Of a stretch of DNA of 64,000 nt, positions 46,750-58,644 are shown piece by piece. The notes below the pieces were generated by a model that searched no databases, was not told where the DNA came from, and saw only the letters and a list, made by a program, of their open reading frames with translations. Position 1 is the first letter of the stretch. Each line of letters opens with the position of its first letter. The stretch lies in assembly GCF_009914755.1 (NCBI RefSeq), contig NC_060930.1, one strand, 5' to 3'. A program made the translations under genes and the position numbers. The stretch is from the human T2T-CHM13v2.0 reference genome, Homo sapiens.

Positions 46750-47500
46750 ACCATTAACTATGTAAGATATGTTTACATTTCACTGTAATTGAAGACAGAA
46801 TGTTGCAAATTATTATGAAGAATATGAGATAGAGAGATGGGAAGGTTATTTCCTGGGGTATGATTAAAGTACTTCATGGCATTGGCCATCAGCAAGAATG
46901 TTGATAACGAGAGGAAGACTATCCGGATCAAGGGACTGACATCCAGAAAGGCGGAGAGACGAGGAGACATGCAATGTTGTAGAAAAAGGAAGTAGATAAA
47001 TGTGTGTTAAATAGGAGATATTGAAAAAAAAGTTCAGTTAAAAAAATAAATAAAATGAAAGATTCATGGGCCCAGCTTATGGAATGACTAGAAGGGTAGT
47101 CCACTGAGTAAAGCAGAAGTCAATGATAGAATTTACATAGGGTAGAATTTTAGATAGGGCAGGTTTTCAGGGCATTAGAAGAGTCAGGGAGATATATGTA
47201 ATTTTAAACAAGTTGGGTTTGTATACATTTATATATCATTTGCAAGATATGCATTAAACAGTGAAATATATGAGTCTGAACCTCAGGAAAGAGATATGGC
47301 TTGGACATAGAAAGGTGTGAGTTGTCTTTGTCAAGGTGGTGATTGAAGTCACTGGCCTGGATTAGATCCTCTGAAGAGTCACTCCAGAGTATGGATTGAG
47401 GCTTAGTAATCTGGGTATTTTAACTGCCAAACAGAGAGCATAGAGAAAAGGAAGACAGGAGGCTCCTGTGGAAGTTAGGGTAAGTGCCAGCCAGATGTGA
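46750..47500 (-). mobile_element. L2 (degraded)
   Basis: atatatgagtctgaacctcaggaaagagatatggcttggacataga...gtgattgaagtcactggcctggattagatc. Confidence 0.5.
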
Positions 47501-49509
47501 TGTCATGGCAATAGAAATGGGAGGAAGAGGAAAAATATTGGGGATTCCTCTGTTGCTGTTTTAGCGTTCTGTTTTGATACCAAAAAGTTAGCGTGAATAG
47601 CATTATTTTATACAGGCCAGGGATTTCTAAACCTGGGGGCATATTAGAATTATTTACAGAGTTGTCTAATAATTTAATATACAAAATATACATCAATTGA
47701 GTGAATGAATAATGTTTAACATGTCTTGATCATCTTTACCAATACCTTTTTATTTATATTAACTTATGAAATTAGAGTATAAAAATTCCATTGAATCTAA
47801 TAAAATTCAATATACTCTATGATGCAAAATTAGTAAGTTTTTCTGTGGGGGCAATTTTAACATTCAAAAAGAAAGAATGACATTTAACTCATCAGTAGCT
47901 AGGAAGATTGAAAATTCCCAGATTTGGAAAATTCAAGATTCTTAATATCCCTCATCTGGTGCTCTCCTTTCCTGTACTGGCAAAATGGTTATTTGTTAGC
48001 AGTTGTGAAAAAAGTCATAATATGACCATAACGTCATAGTCAGCCAATTGTTGAATTATATTTACCTATTTTCATATTTCCGCAGTTTTGCACCTGGCCT
48101 TGGGTGTTTTCATTACACAAAGTGCAAAATCATAATGTCTCCTTGTCTTTCTAATTAAGAATACTAGCAAAGGAATGAGTTAGGTTTTTAAAAATTTTCT
48201 CTTCTCACCAATAAGTCATTGAATCCCCTTTTCATTGCTTTCCACTGAATTATTGTTTACTTAAAAGAGAATAAAAGCAATGACCTGGAAAAGGTGTCCC
48301 TAGAGCTCTTGTTAATAATTATTCTTTCAAAATAAATCAGAAAAAAAATGTTTCTTTGAAATTAAATAGAAAGGCTGTACCAATAGTAAATAAAAATGCA
48401 CCAAGTTCAACATTTGTATGTTTCCATAAGCATAATCACTATAAAATCAACCTAGAGAAACTGTCAGATGACTAATATTAAAATGAGAACTATTAAAATT
48501 GCATTTGTTTATTTCTCACCACAACACAAATACACTTTGATATGTAATTAGTAATGGACAGATTCAGATCGTTCCACGTTTGCTGACAGTACCTGATTAC
48601 AATTTTTTCCCTCTATACTCAATATTCAAATATACTACAGTGCTCTTACGATATGCTTATTATTACAATTTTATTCTACTTCCAAAGGATATATATTGTA
48701 TGATTTAATATGGAATCACCATCAAACTCTTAAAAGAACAGCTTTAACATTGGCAAAGAGATCTTCAAAGGGAAGAATTTTAAAGTAGGGCCACCTCTTC
48801 CATCATGTATAATCTTCTTCACAGACAATCTGTATCTCTTTCCATATCACCTCATTCTGTATGGGCTTAATTAGAAAAATCCCAAAATTTTGGAATTGGG
48901 AAGAAGTTTAGAGAGTATTTAAATCTAGCCCTTTAGCCTATTCATATGTAATGCTATTTTACAATATTGCTGCAAATGGTGACTGACTTGGGACGTGGCT
49001 ACACCTTTAGAAGTACTTCTTATTATTTTGGCCATCTGAATTGTCAGGAAGTGGTTTCTCATAAGCAGCTGAAGTATCTTCCCATCACTGGTTTTAATTA
49101 TACTCTCTAGAGTCATGTGGAATAAGATAAAGTATATATGATCTAACCAATTTTGCTCAACTATATCCAATTCGAATAGCAAAAACACAAAAACCATGAA
49201 GATTAGTGCATCTTTAGCTTATCTATGACTTACTAGCTGTTTTATGCTTCTGTGAACTTTTGAAGTGGTTAGTATAATTCTTTATATTTTGGCACATAAT
49301 AAAAATTTATCCTCTAACCCAGTCTATGAAATCATATCAGAGGGTAAGTATATGCAGAACTTTTGCCATCAATATTTTGTTTTTTTCAAGATAATATGTA
49401 AAATCCATGGTTTAATGAGAATAACATAAAAGGACATTATTTAGTAGGGTCAAATAGCTCTATGTGACAGATTAGGACTTGGAGCCAGGTTGAAGTAAAC
49501 TTTCTAAGT

Positions 49510-50030
49510 GCTGAGTTTTCTTCAATGAGAAAGAAAACTGGTCCTAGAACCAGAAGGTTGACATCAAAAATAAACTAGACTGTCACTTTTTAACTGGCTA
49601 ATCTGCAAGTTGATCTCCTTGCACTGTATCTACATGATTGGGATATTAATTGCCCTTCCTATAGGGCTGCTGTGAGAACCATAAATGAGGTAAGTAATGG
49701 CACCAAATGCTGTCCCGGGCACACAGGCACTGCAGCATACTGGTTAAAAGCAGTCTTTGAATCAAAGTTGTGCTCTCACCTGGCTTGTCAATGAATATTC
49801 CTGTGCTTGCAAAGTGGCTATTTGTTAGTGTTAGAAGTTGTGGACAAAAGCCGTAAGATGTCTATGACCATGATATCAGTCAGTTAATCATTACATTGCA
49901 TTTATCTCTTTTCATATTTCCCCAGTTTTACACTGCCATGGGATATACCTGTGGTATAAATACCTGGGGCCAAATAATTCAACTTCCCTGAGTCTCAGTT
50001 TCTCCATTTATAAAATGAAGCAACATAGGC
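49510..50030 (+). mobile_element. MIR fragments
   Basis: cttccctgagtctcagtttctccatttataaaatg and cctatagggctgctgtgagaacc. Confidence 0.55.
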
Positions 50031-50094
50031 TTCACAACTGATTTTTTTTTTTTTAGTGTTGAAACAGCACTCTTAGAAGCCTTACACAAATGTC

Positions 50095-51522
50095 TTTTCT
50101 GTGTGTGTGCACAGAGAATATTTAAGATCTACTCTCTTAACAATTTCAAGTATACAGTACAGGAGTACTAACCATAGTCATCATAACGTGCATTGAATCC
50201 CCAGAACGTATTCATTTTAAAACTGAAAAATTTAACCCTTTGACCAACATCTCCCCATTTTCTCTCTCTGGTAACCACCATTCTGATTCTGCTTCACATA
50301 TTTGTCTTTCTGTCTGACTTATTTCACTTAGCATAATGTCCTCATTGTTCATCCATGCTGTCACAAGTGACAGGATTTTCTTCTTTTTTATGGCTGAATT
50401 ATATTTCATTATATAAATATACCACAATATTTTTATTAATCCATCCACCTACAGACACTTGAGTTGCTTCTATGTCTTGGCTTTTGTAAATACTGCTACA
50501 GTGAGGTTAGGTGCTGTGTCTCACCTCTATAATCCCAGCACTTTGGGAGGCTGAGGTGAGAGGATTGCTTGAGACCAGCCAGGGAAAAATAGTAAGACCT
50601 CATCTAAATTAGTTGGGCATGATGTTGTGTGGCTGTAGTCTCAGCTACTCAGCTGGCTGACATGGGAGGATCACCTGAGCCAAGGAGTTCAAGGCTAAAG
50701 TGAGCTGTGACTGCACTCCACACTTGGTGACAGAGCAAGGCCCTGTCTCTAAATAAAGAAAGAAAAATCTATAATAAACACTGGAGTGCAGATATCTCTT
50801 TGAGATACTAATTTTGTTTCCCTCAAGTATATATCCTGAAGTGAGATTGCTGAATCCTATGATAATTGCATTTTCAATTTTTTGAGGACCCTCCTTACTG
50901 CCTTCCATAGCAGCTTTACTGATTTTCATTCCCGCCAACAGTGCACAAAAGTTCCCTTTTCTTTACTTACTTCTGCCACTTGTTATCACTTGTCTTTTTG
51001 ATAACAGCCATCCCAGGTGTGAGGTCTGTTTGATAAACAGTGTTGGGAAAACTGGATATCCACATGCAAAAGAATAAAATTGAACCCCTATTTTACACCA
51101 CTCAAAAAAGTTAACTTGAAATGTAAGCCTCAAAACCATGAACCTCTTTGAAGAAAACATTAAGAAAATTCTCCATAACACTGATCTTGGCAATGATATT
51201 TTTGTATATGACCCCCAAAGCACAAGCAACAAGAAAAATAAGTAAGTAAGTGGAACTACATCAAATTAATAAGCTTCTGTACAGCAAAGAAAATGATCAA
51301 CAAAATGAAATTGAAACCTATGAAATGGGAGAAAATATTTGCAAATCATAATCTGATAAAAGGTTAATATTCAAACTATACAAGGAATTCATGCAATTGA
51401 ATAACAATAAAGCAATCTGATTTTAAAATGGCCAAAGGACCTGTATAGACATTTCTCCAAAGAAGACATACAAATGGCCAACAGGTACATGAAAAAGTGT
51501 TCAAATTCACTAATTGTCAGGA
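50095..51522. mobile_element. L1MA-type element with inverted 5' segment (minus 50095-51022, plus 51023-51522)
   Basis: Antisense 3'UTR/ORF2 end switches at ~51022 to sense ORF2 sequence from further upstream. Confidence 0.85.
50504..50767 (+). mobile_element. AluJ (degenerate) inside the L1
   Basis: aatcccagcactttgggaggctgagg...gtgacagagcaaggccctgtctct plus A-rich tail. Confidence 0.85.
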
Positions 51523-52109
51523 TTTTCAAATTTTTCATAAAAATTTCAAATATTCATGAAGTTAATAACAGTGTAATGAGCCTCGATATTCCCATCACTC
51601 AAATTCAACGAGATTTTGCCACACTGACTATCCTTTTTCATTTATTATTGTTAAATTTATGAGAACTAAATGAAACTGAGGGCATGCAATACTTAGAGGA
51701 GTTCCTGGTACAGAGTGAATGCATAATATGCAGTTTCTATTTAAAGTTATTCATCCATAAAATAGGGATAATATTACCTAATACGGAGTAATTTTTGAAA
51801 AATTAAATCCCAAAAAAGTAGAGGTGGCAGTTCTTTTTAATTTGAAAAGTGAAATAACATGGCACAGATAATTAGTATGATTAAAGAGGATCACTGTTAA
51901 TCACAGAAAAGGAGAAGCAAATAATAGTATATCTCTATGCCTGCAACAAAGAGGAGAGTGTTCTACTCCTATGCACATAGGGGAAAAGAAAACTGACGTG
52001 AACACAGAAAGATTGGTAGTTGCCAAAGATAAATTACCCAAGGCCTATTGTTGAGTAGAATTGACCCTAAGAGGCAGAACTTAATAATTGTCCTCCCTTT
52101 TAGGATGAG

Positions 52110-52660
52110 TAAATCTCACCATTGGGACGTCTTGGATAATATACGTAAGAGAAAAGTTTTCAATGTCCTGACCTCCCCTGCTCCTTTTCCTTTACTGTAT
52201 TACCTGAAGAAGCACAGCCCACTGAAGATTGTCACCTTTCACAGTTCACCTTACCCAGGTTCCCTGTAGGACACAGCAATACTGATGGTTTATTTTCTGA
52301 TAAGCTCACCTTCTTGCCTGTCCTGACATAACATTGCCCAGGTGGCCCTCCTGCCACTATGGCTTCTCATTTCAGGCCTTGACCCACTTTTCGTCTTCCC
52401 ACCCCAAATGAGGGCATCACAGCTCCTCTCTTGGTCTGTCTTTCTCTACTCTCTACATCCTCTCCACTGGCATTATCCATCTATTCTCCAGCTTTCAAAA
52501 AATTATAACTAAACAGATGATTCTCAAATCTACCTGAGTCTACTCAAGCTTCACTCTTATAGTCCCCAAGGCCACCTAGACTATTCCATTTGGAAATTTC
52601 TGATACTTCAAACAAACTCCATAACTCTCCATCAGAAATTATTAGTTTTCTTCTCCCAAC
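52110..52660 (+). mobile_element. L2 fragment
   Basis: gatgattctcaaatctac...cctagactattccatttgg. Confidence 0.5.
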
Positions 52661-53096
52661 TTCCTTAAGTGTGAATTCAGATTTTTAAAAATTGTATGCT
52701 AAACTCATATTTTTAAATAATAATTCTTTCTAGAAGGTGCTTTAAATGAGATAGATTTAAGTTTAAATCATATTTAAGCCACTTGTATCAAAAGGCTATA
52801 AGGAGCTCTGGACTTAATGAACCTAAGTTTCCCCACATATAAAGTAGAGGTGATATACATCTGGAAAAGTTGTGAAGACTAGGCATAACATATATAAGCA
52901 TGTAAAGCAATGTTTGACATATAATGGTACATAATGAATAAATTAATTAATTTGAAGCTACTTGTTTAAATTAGTTATAAATTTAAGTTTCATTTTAAGT
53001 CACTGAGTATTTGGTACCATGATTCTTAAAATAGAATATTCTATTTATCAATGGTTAGTTGATATTTTTCTTCAATAACCATATTGAATGGTGCTA
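52652..53096 (+). repeat. long inverted repeat, left arm (includes a MIR)
   Basis: Aligns collinearly to the reverse complement of 56267-56725. Confidence 0.92.
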
Positions 53097-53424
53097 CATG
53101 AGTAAACATCTCTGCAGAAAACATGTGAATGTTGCTAAATTGAAAAATTTAGCAAAATGTTTGCTATTGAATCATAGCAAAAATTTACCAGCCTAAGAAT
53201 TATGGTTTATCATCCACGACAACTATGACCTTTGTACATCTCCTTGCTGCTCATGAAGATCCATCCAAGATAATTAGAAAAAGTAGTGGAACCACTTGAA
53301 CAAGATAGCATGCACCAATAAGGTGCCAATGAAATGTGTTCCTGACAGGAAAGAAGTTACAAATGTAATTGAACCACTACTCTCTGAAATGCCCTCTTAT
53401 AAAAAAAAAGTAAATAAGTAAGTA

Positions 53425-53670
53425 GATAGTGAAGGGAGTGGTGAGGATGGTGGTGGTGAGGAGGGTAGAACAGGTGGTGGGAGGGATGAGTGGCTAAGGT
53501 GGTGAAAAAGGGGGAGATTTGTGGAGGAGGAACAAGTGAGGGAGAGTAAGAAGAGGGAGATGGTGAAGAATGGGGTAGAGGAGGGGGTTTTCAAGGAAGG
53601 GGAGATTATGGAGGGAGGGGAGATATGGAAGAAAAGAAGGTTATGTAGATTAGTGTGGAGCGGGTGATGG
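53425..53670 (+). repeat. G/A-rich low complexity
   Basis: GGA/GGT-rich purine tract. Confidence 0.7.
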
Positions 53671-54171
53671 TAGATCCAGAAGGTATTAAAAGCTACAAAA
53701 AGTAAATAACAGCTTGTTTGTTGATAGACACATCAGGCATGGCATTCTATAAATAAGATCATCTTTGAAGCAAACACCGCCTTAGACCCCTTAATGATAT
53801 CATTCTTGAACCAGTTACTATGGAAGCACAGTGATTTGTATTACCATTTGTCTTTTAGAGGTGATCTCCCTCCCACCCATATTCTATGCGTGGGAGATAT
53901 TCTTGAACATATTGTATCTTTTAAAGGACAAAACAAATAGCAAACATAATTGTTTAAATGTAAATATTTATTATGGTTGGAAAATGAAAACCGTTTAGAA
54001 TTTTTAGTCCAGATTTTGTGTTTATGAGACAAGTTAGTATTTTAAGTGACTCCTAATCAGGAAGCAGAATATTGGATATTCTTCTGATGCTTGATACTAA
54101 TGCTGGTAAGGATAGAAAAACTTCACTCTTGGGGTCTCCTTCGGTTAAAGTCTCCTAACTCTAAACTTCAA

Positions 54172-54292
54172 ATTTATTTTTAGTATATATATGCTTCAAA
54201 TATTTCACAGGACGTACCTATACTAAAATACTATTTGCTGTTGATCTAAATTTTAAACTTAACTGCAGTTCTGTATTTTATTTGGCAACCCT
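54172..54292. mobile_element. MER53 (hAT), partial
   Basis: tatactaaaatactatttgctg...ctgtattttatttggcaacccta terminus. Confidence 0.75.
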
Positions 54293-54609
54293 ATTCTGGG
54301 CAAGTCACTTAATTTGCATTTCACTGGGCCTTCACTACAGGAGTGATGTGGGATTTTTCTATTAATCTCTCAAAAGCACAATGCTACATTTTTTTCTGTG
54401 AATATAGAAAAAAGAAATAAAAATGGAGCACTTATTTAGGAATTTCAGCTCAAAAAATCTGGAATTCAGGTGCTCTCAGGCTCACGGGTTATATTTGTAT
54501 CCCCTCATGAGTCATGTACTATGGACTTAGAAATTTAAATTCTGTATTTGAAGATGGATACTATGATACATATTCCACTGAGCCAATTTTGGAGTATTTT
54601 AATTTAATA

Positions 54610-54868
54610 ATAAAGATAGATGGCATGTATTGAGTATAACCTGTGAAATTCAGTACTTTAAATACATTATCTAATTTGAATCTCAAAACAATCTTATGTG
54701 TTAAGTAATAATTTTATCCCTCATTTTTTAGGCCAGGAAACCGAGAGACAGAAGAATTGAGTAACTTGCTAGTGGTCACACAACTAGTAATAGGTATGGC
54801 TGGGATTTGAATGCAGATTGTCTGACTTAATAGTTTTTTTCTCTTGATCACTACTCTATTCTACCTCT
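54610..54868 (-). mobile_element. MIR
   Basis: ggaaaccgagagacagaag...gagtaacttgctagtggtcacacaactagtaa...gggatttgaa. Confidence 0.8.
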
Positions 54869-55718
54869 AAACCTTGAGATAAAAAGTCTCACAGACACAA
54901 AGTTTAGCTTGAACATTTTATGATATATTATAGAGATTTGCTTATTAGGCCAAAAAAGAAATAGAAATGATTTAACAATACAGCTAGTCCAGCTGCTTAT
55001 TGAGCTCAATATTCCTCCTTATTCTCCTTTACCCATGTTCCCTGACCTGTGAAAGCAAGCAAAGGATTACATGATCACAAAAGATCCCTACCTCATTTCA
55101 TTCTACGGATTGAAAATAAGACCTGTGAAGCTGTGGCCAACAGCAAAAAGTGCTAAATAAGGTCATCTTACTTTAATTGGCATTTGTAGGTTGATAAAAG
55201 AGTCAGCATAACTCTTTGTCTTCTTTCAGTTCCTTCTAGACTTAGACGATGACTTCCTGTCCTAGGCAGGGACCAGCTCAGTCAGCTCCTGGGACAGTGC
55301 CATTTCTCAGGCTATTTCACAGTAAAACCAAATTACAGATCAGCAGAGGAAATGGCAAAGTAATCTCTTTGCACAGAGACAGCAGAAAATGTATGAATAA
55401 AGTGGCCATTTAGTCTGGCTACTTTATGAAAAAAGTAACCATTTTTCTTGATCGACCTTAGTCAAAAGTAATATCAACCCAGAAAACAAAGACTTTTTTA
55501 AAGAAAAGAATATCTATTATCAGATAAACTCCTTTGTGTTGGTGGGTTAGTCCTTTCTTGGTTGATTTGAAAGAAACTGTTCAAAAGTTTAGTGCAAAGC
55601 ATGAACATGAAGAATTGTTTACCTCATAGCATCCTGAAAAACATCTAGGCTTTTCTATTTCATTAAAATAATAATAAAAAGAAATTTAAACCTTGTGTTA
55701 GAAAAAGTTTTACTACAA

Positions 55719-55807
55719 TATTATTTTATTATTCCTTGGTGATACCTAGCATGCATATTCAATAGAGACGCATCCAGTGCATACCACCAAGGAATAATAA
55801 AATAATA
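55719..55807. repeat. perfect 23-bp inverted repeat
   Basis: tattattttattattccttggtg 55719-55741 / caccaaggaataataaaataata 55785-55807; 43-nt loop. Confidence 0.92.
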
Positions 55808-56266
55808 ATCTCATTATAAAGTATAATACTATTATATATTTATAACTTAAATATATTTTATAACTTAGTTATACATTCGTTATAAACTAATAACAAAATA
55901 ATAGATTATAAATCTCAAGTTTTATAGTTTATGAATCTCAAGTTACAGGATTAAAGGGATGACGCTATTTCAAAAATCCTTTCCTAAAAAAAGTGATTTA
56001 TTTCTACAGTACCTGCAATTATCTGTGGCCACTTTAATTGCTGAGTATACAGAATGATTATTTACAACACAAAAGTGAGAGAACAATTATGGAGATTACC
56101 ACAGAACTTTTTCTTTAATTTGCCGCAGGTTTGTGAAGGAGAAAAGGAAAAGCATGAGAAATGGTTGAGAATGCCATTGTGATCAGTGTTCACAGAGGCT
56201 TTCTTTTAAGAAGAAGGAAGTTTGGTCTCCTTTGACTTTAGAGAATTGGTTCCCACTTTATTTAAA

Positions 56267-56725
56267 TAACACCATTCAATATAGTTATTGAGGACATGTA
56301 TCAAACAACCATTTATAAATAGAGTATTCTATTTTAGGAATCATGATTCAAATAATCACTTAAAGTAGAACTTAAAATTTATAACTAATTTAAACAACTA
56401 ACTTCAAATAAATGTATTATTTATTCATTATGTACCTTTTATTTATCAGACTCAGCCCTGATGCTTTATATATGTTATATTTAATCTTCACAACAACTTT
56501 TCCAGATGTATAATATTACCTCTATTTTATATATGGGAAAATTTAGGCTCATTAAATTGAGAACTTGCTCATTGCCATTTGATACAAGTGGCTCGAATGG
56601 GATTTAAATTCAGTTCTATCTCATTTCAAGTACCTTCTAAAAGGATCATTATTTTAAAATATGAGTTGAACATACAATTTTTAAAATTAAAAAAATCTGA
56701 ATTTATATTCAGGGAAGTTGGAAAA
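56267..56725 (-). repeat. long inverted repeat, right arm (includes a MIR)
   Basis: Reverse-complement copy of 52652-53096. Confidence 0.92.
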
Positions 56726-57267
56726 GGTGCAAGCTTGCAAATGGTTTCCCCCAAATTTAATTTTATACATATGTATGTATAATACCTATGTATAATTTTA
56801 TACATTCCTGTTTGTGTATACACACAAAACAAAAAACTCCTAACATTTTAGGGACAATATCCCCACTTGTTGAGACCAGGGTACAATGCAGCCTCATACA
56901 AGAAACTTGGCCGATAATCTTGAAGTTTTTATGCAGTTTTGGTAAACTGGGAAGAGTCCTAGATTTGACACAATTGTTTTCCTTGAAGGAATAATTATAT
57001 AATGAAAACCTGAGAGTGAGCACTAATGTAGCTTAACGTGGGGGTGAAAGGATGGACACATACTGGAGACACTGGAAATGCTCCATTCAGAACCTTTCCA
57101 CTGCTGCTTGTCAGTACTCCAAAGCCTCAGCAAGGGGGCTGGAAGGAAAGTGGGAATTTACATCTCATCATTTCTTTTATCTTAAACTTGGGTTTCTCAT
57201 AGCGGCTCAACTTACTTCTACTGTTGAAAGAAACTCCTGATCTGGAGAAGTTGGGCACAAGTAGCTG

Positions 57268-57365
57268 AGGAAAAAAAGAAAGATGAAAGAAAAAGAGAAG
57301 GCCAGGGAGAGAGACAGAAAGGAAGGAAGGAAAGAAAGGAGGGAGGAAGGGAAAGAGAAAAGATT
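57268..57365 (+). repeat. GA-rich low complexity
   Basis: gaag/gaaa runs. Confidence 0.75.
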
Positions 57366-58070
57366 GAGGAACAATTTCTTGCAACTAATTTTATCAGAAG
57401 CTATAATAGCCAAATTAATTAAAAAGCTGCTTTTCTCATTGACTTTCCTACCGAGTGCCTGATAAGGTAGCATACCTGAGGGCCACACTTACAAATGAGA
57501 AAAGACACACTCCCTCTTCCGCAGAACTGGCCCTTGAAAAAGGGACTGCAAGAATTACAGAGAAAAATCTGCCGAGACTTTTCAAATGGCAGATGCTCAT
57601 GGCCTTAACGTTCTTTACTTCCTCCTCAAGCACCTGAATGGCTAAATAGATAATATTGATATCAAGTCTTCCTGCTCAAGTTATAAAGGAAGAAATCAAA
57701 CATTGCGTGGATATATAGAAGGAGTTATCTCAAGCATAATTTAGCCACATTATTTTGAAGCCAATTGAAAATCTAGAACAGGGAATGACAGCCAGATTGA
57801 GCACCAGAAATAAAGAAAATATAGCCTAAGAAAAACACTAAAGAGCATAGTTTGAAAGACTTTTTTCCAAGGAAAACATAAGAAAATCTTATTTTACCTT
57901 CTCAAGGAAAAAAAAATATACACACACACAGTATATATAAAATATATGCATGCATGTATATAGATTTGTATATATCTGTATACACAGCTTTATATGGAGA
58001 GAGACAGAATAAATCTAAGGTTTTTAAAAGAAGAATAAAAAATAGTCCCAGGCTTTTTCTCAAAATATTA

Positions 58071-58644
58071 CCATAGTCCCCCTTTATCCAGAGGGGATAC
58101 ATTTCAAGACCTCCACTGGAGGCCTGAAACTGCAGATAGTACCTAATTCTGTATATACTATGTTTTTTCCTATACATACATACCTATGATAATTGACCTA
58201 TGATAAATATACCTAATTTAATTTATAAATTAGGCGCAGTAGGAGATTAAAAACTTACTTTTGACATATGTTTGGCTTCTTTTTGGCATATCCAAGTTGC
58301 CTGCATTACTACTCTTGTGCTTTGGGGCCATTATTAAATAAGGGTAACTTGAATACAAGCTGTGTGATGCTGAAATAGTTAATCTGATAACTGAGGTAAC
58401 TATTAAGTAGCTAAGGGTCAGGTAGAGTAGACAGCATGGAAACGCTGGACAAAGGGATGATTCACATCCTGGGAGGAACAGAGTGGGACAGTGTGATATT
58501 TTATCATGCTACTCAGAATAGCACACAGTTAAAAAATTATAAATTGTTTATTTCTGGAATTTTCTGTTTAATATTTTTAGGCCACAGTTGACCTCAGGTA
58601 ACTAAAACTGCCTAAAGCAAAACTGCAGGTAAGGGGAACTATAG
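58071..58644 (+). mobile_element. MER44 (Tigger7-derived, MER44B-like)
   Basis: TIRs tagtccccctttatcc / ggtaaggggaacta, flanked by TA; the body matches MER44. Confidence 0.88.

Noticed and set aside
57525-57608. Acceptor followed by KICRDFSNGRCSWP, reminiscent of a CCCH finger start
   Set aside because: A stop occurs before the third Cys and the His; most likely chance.
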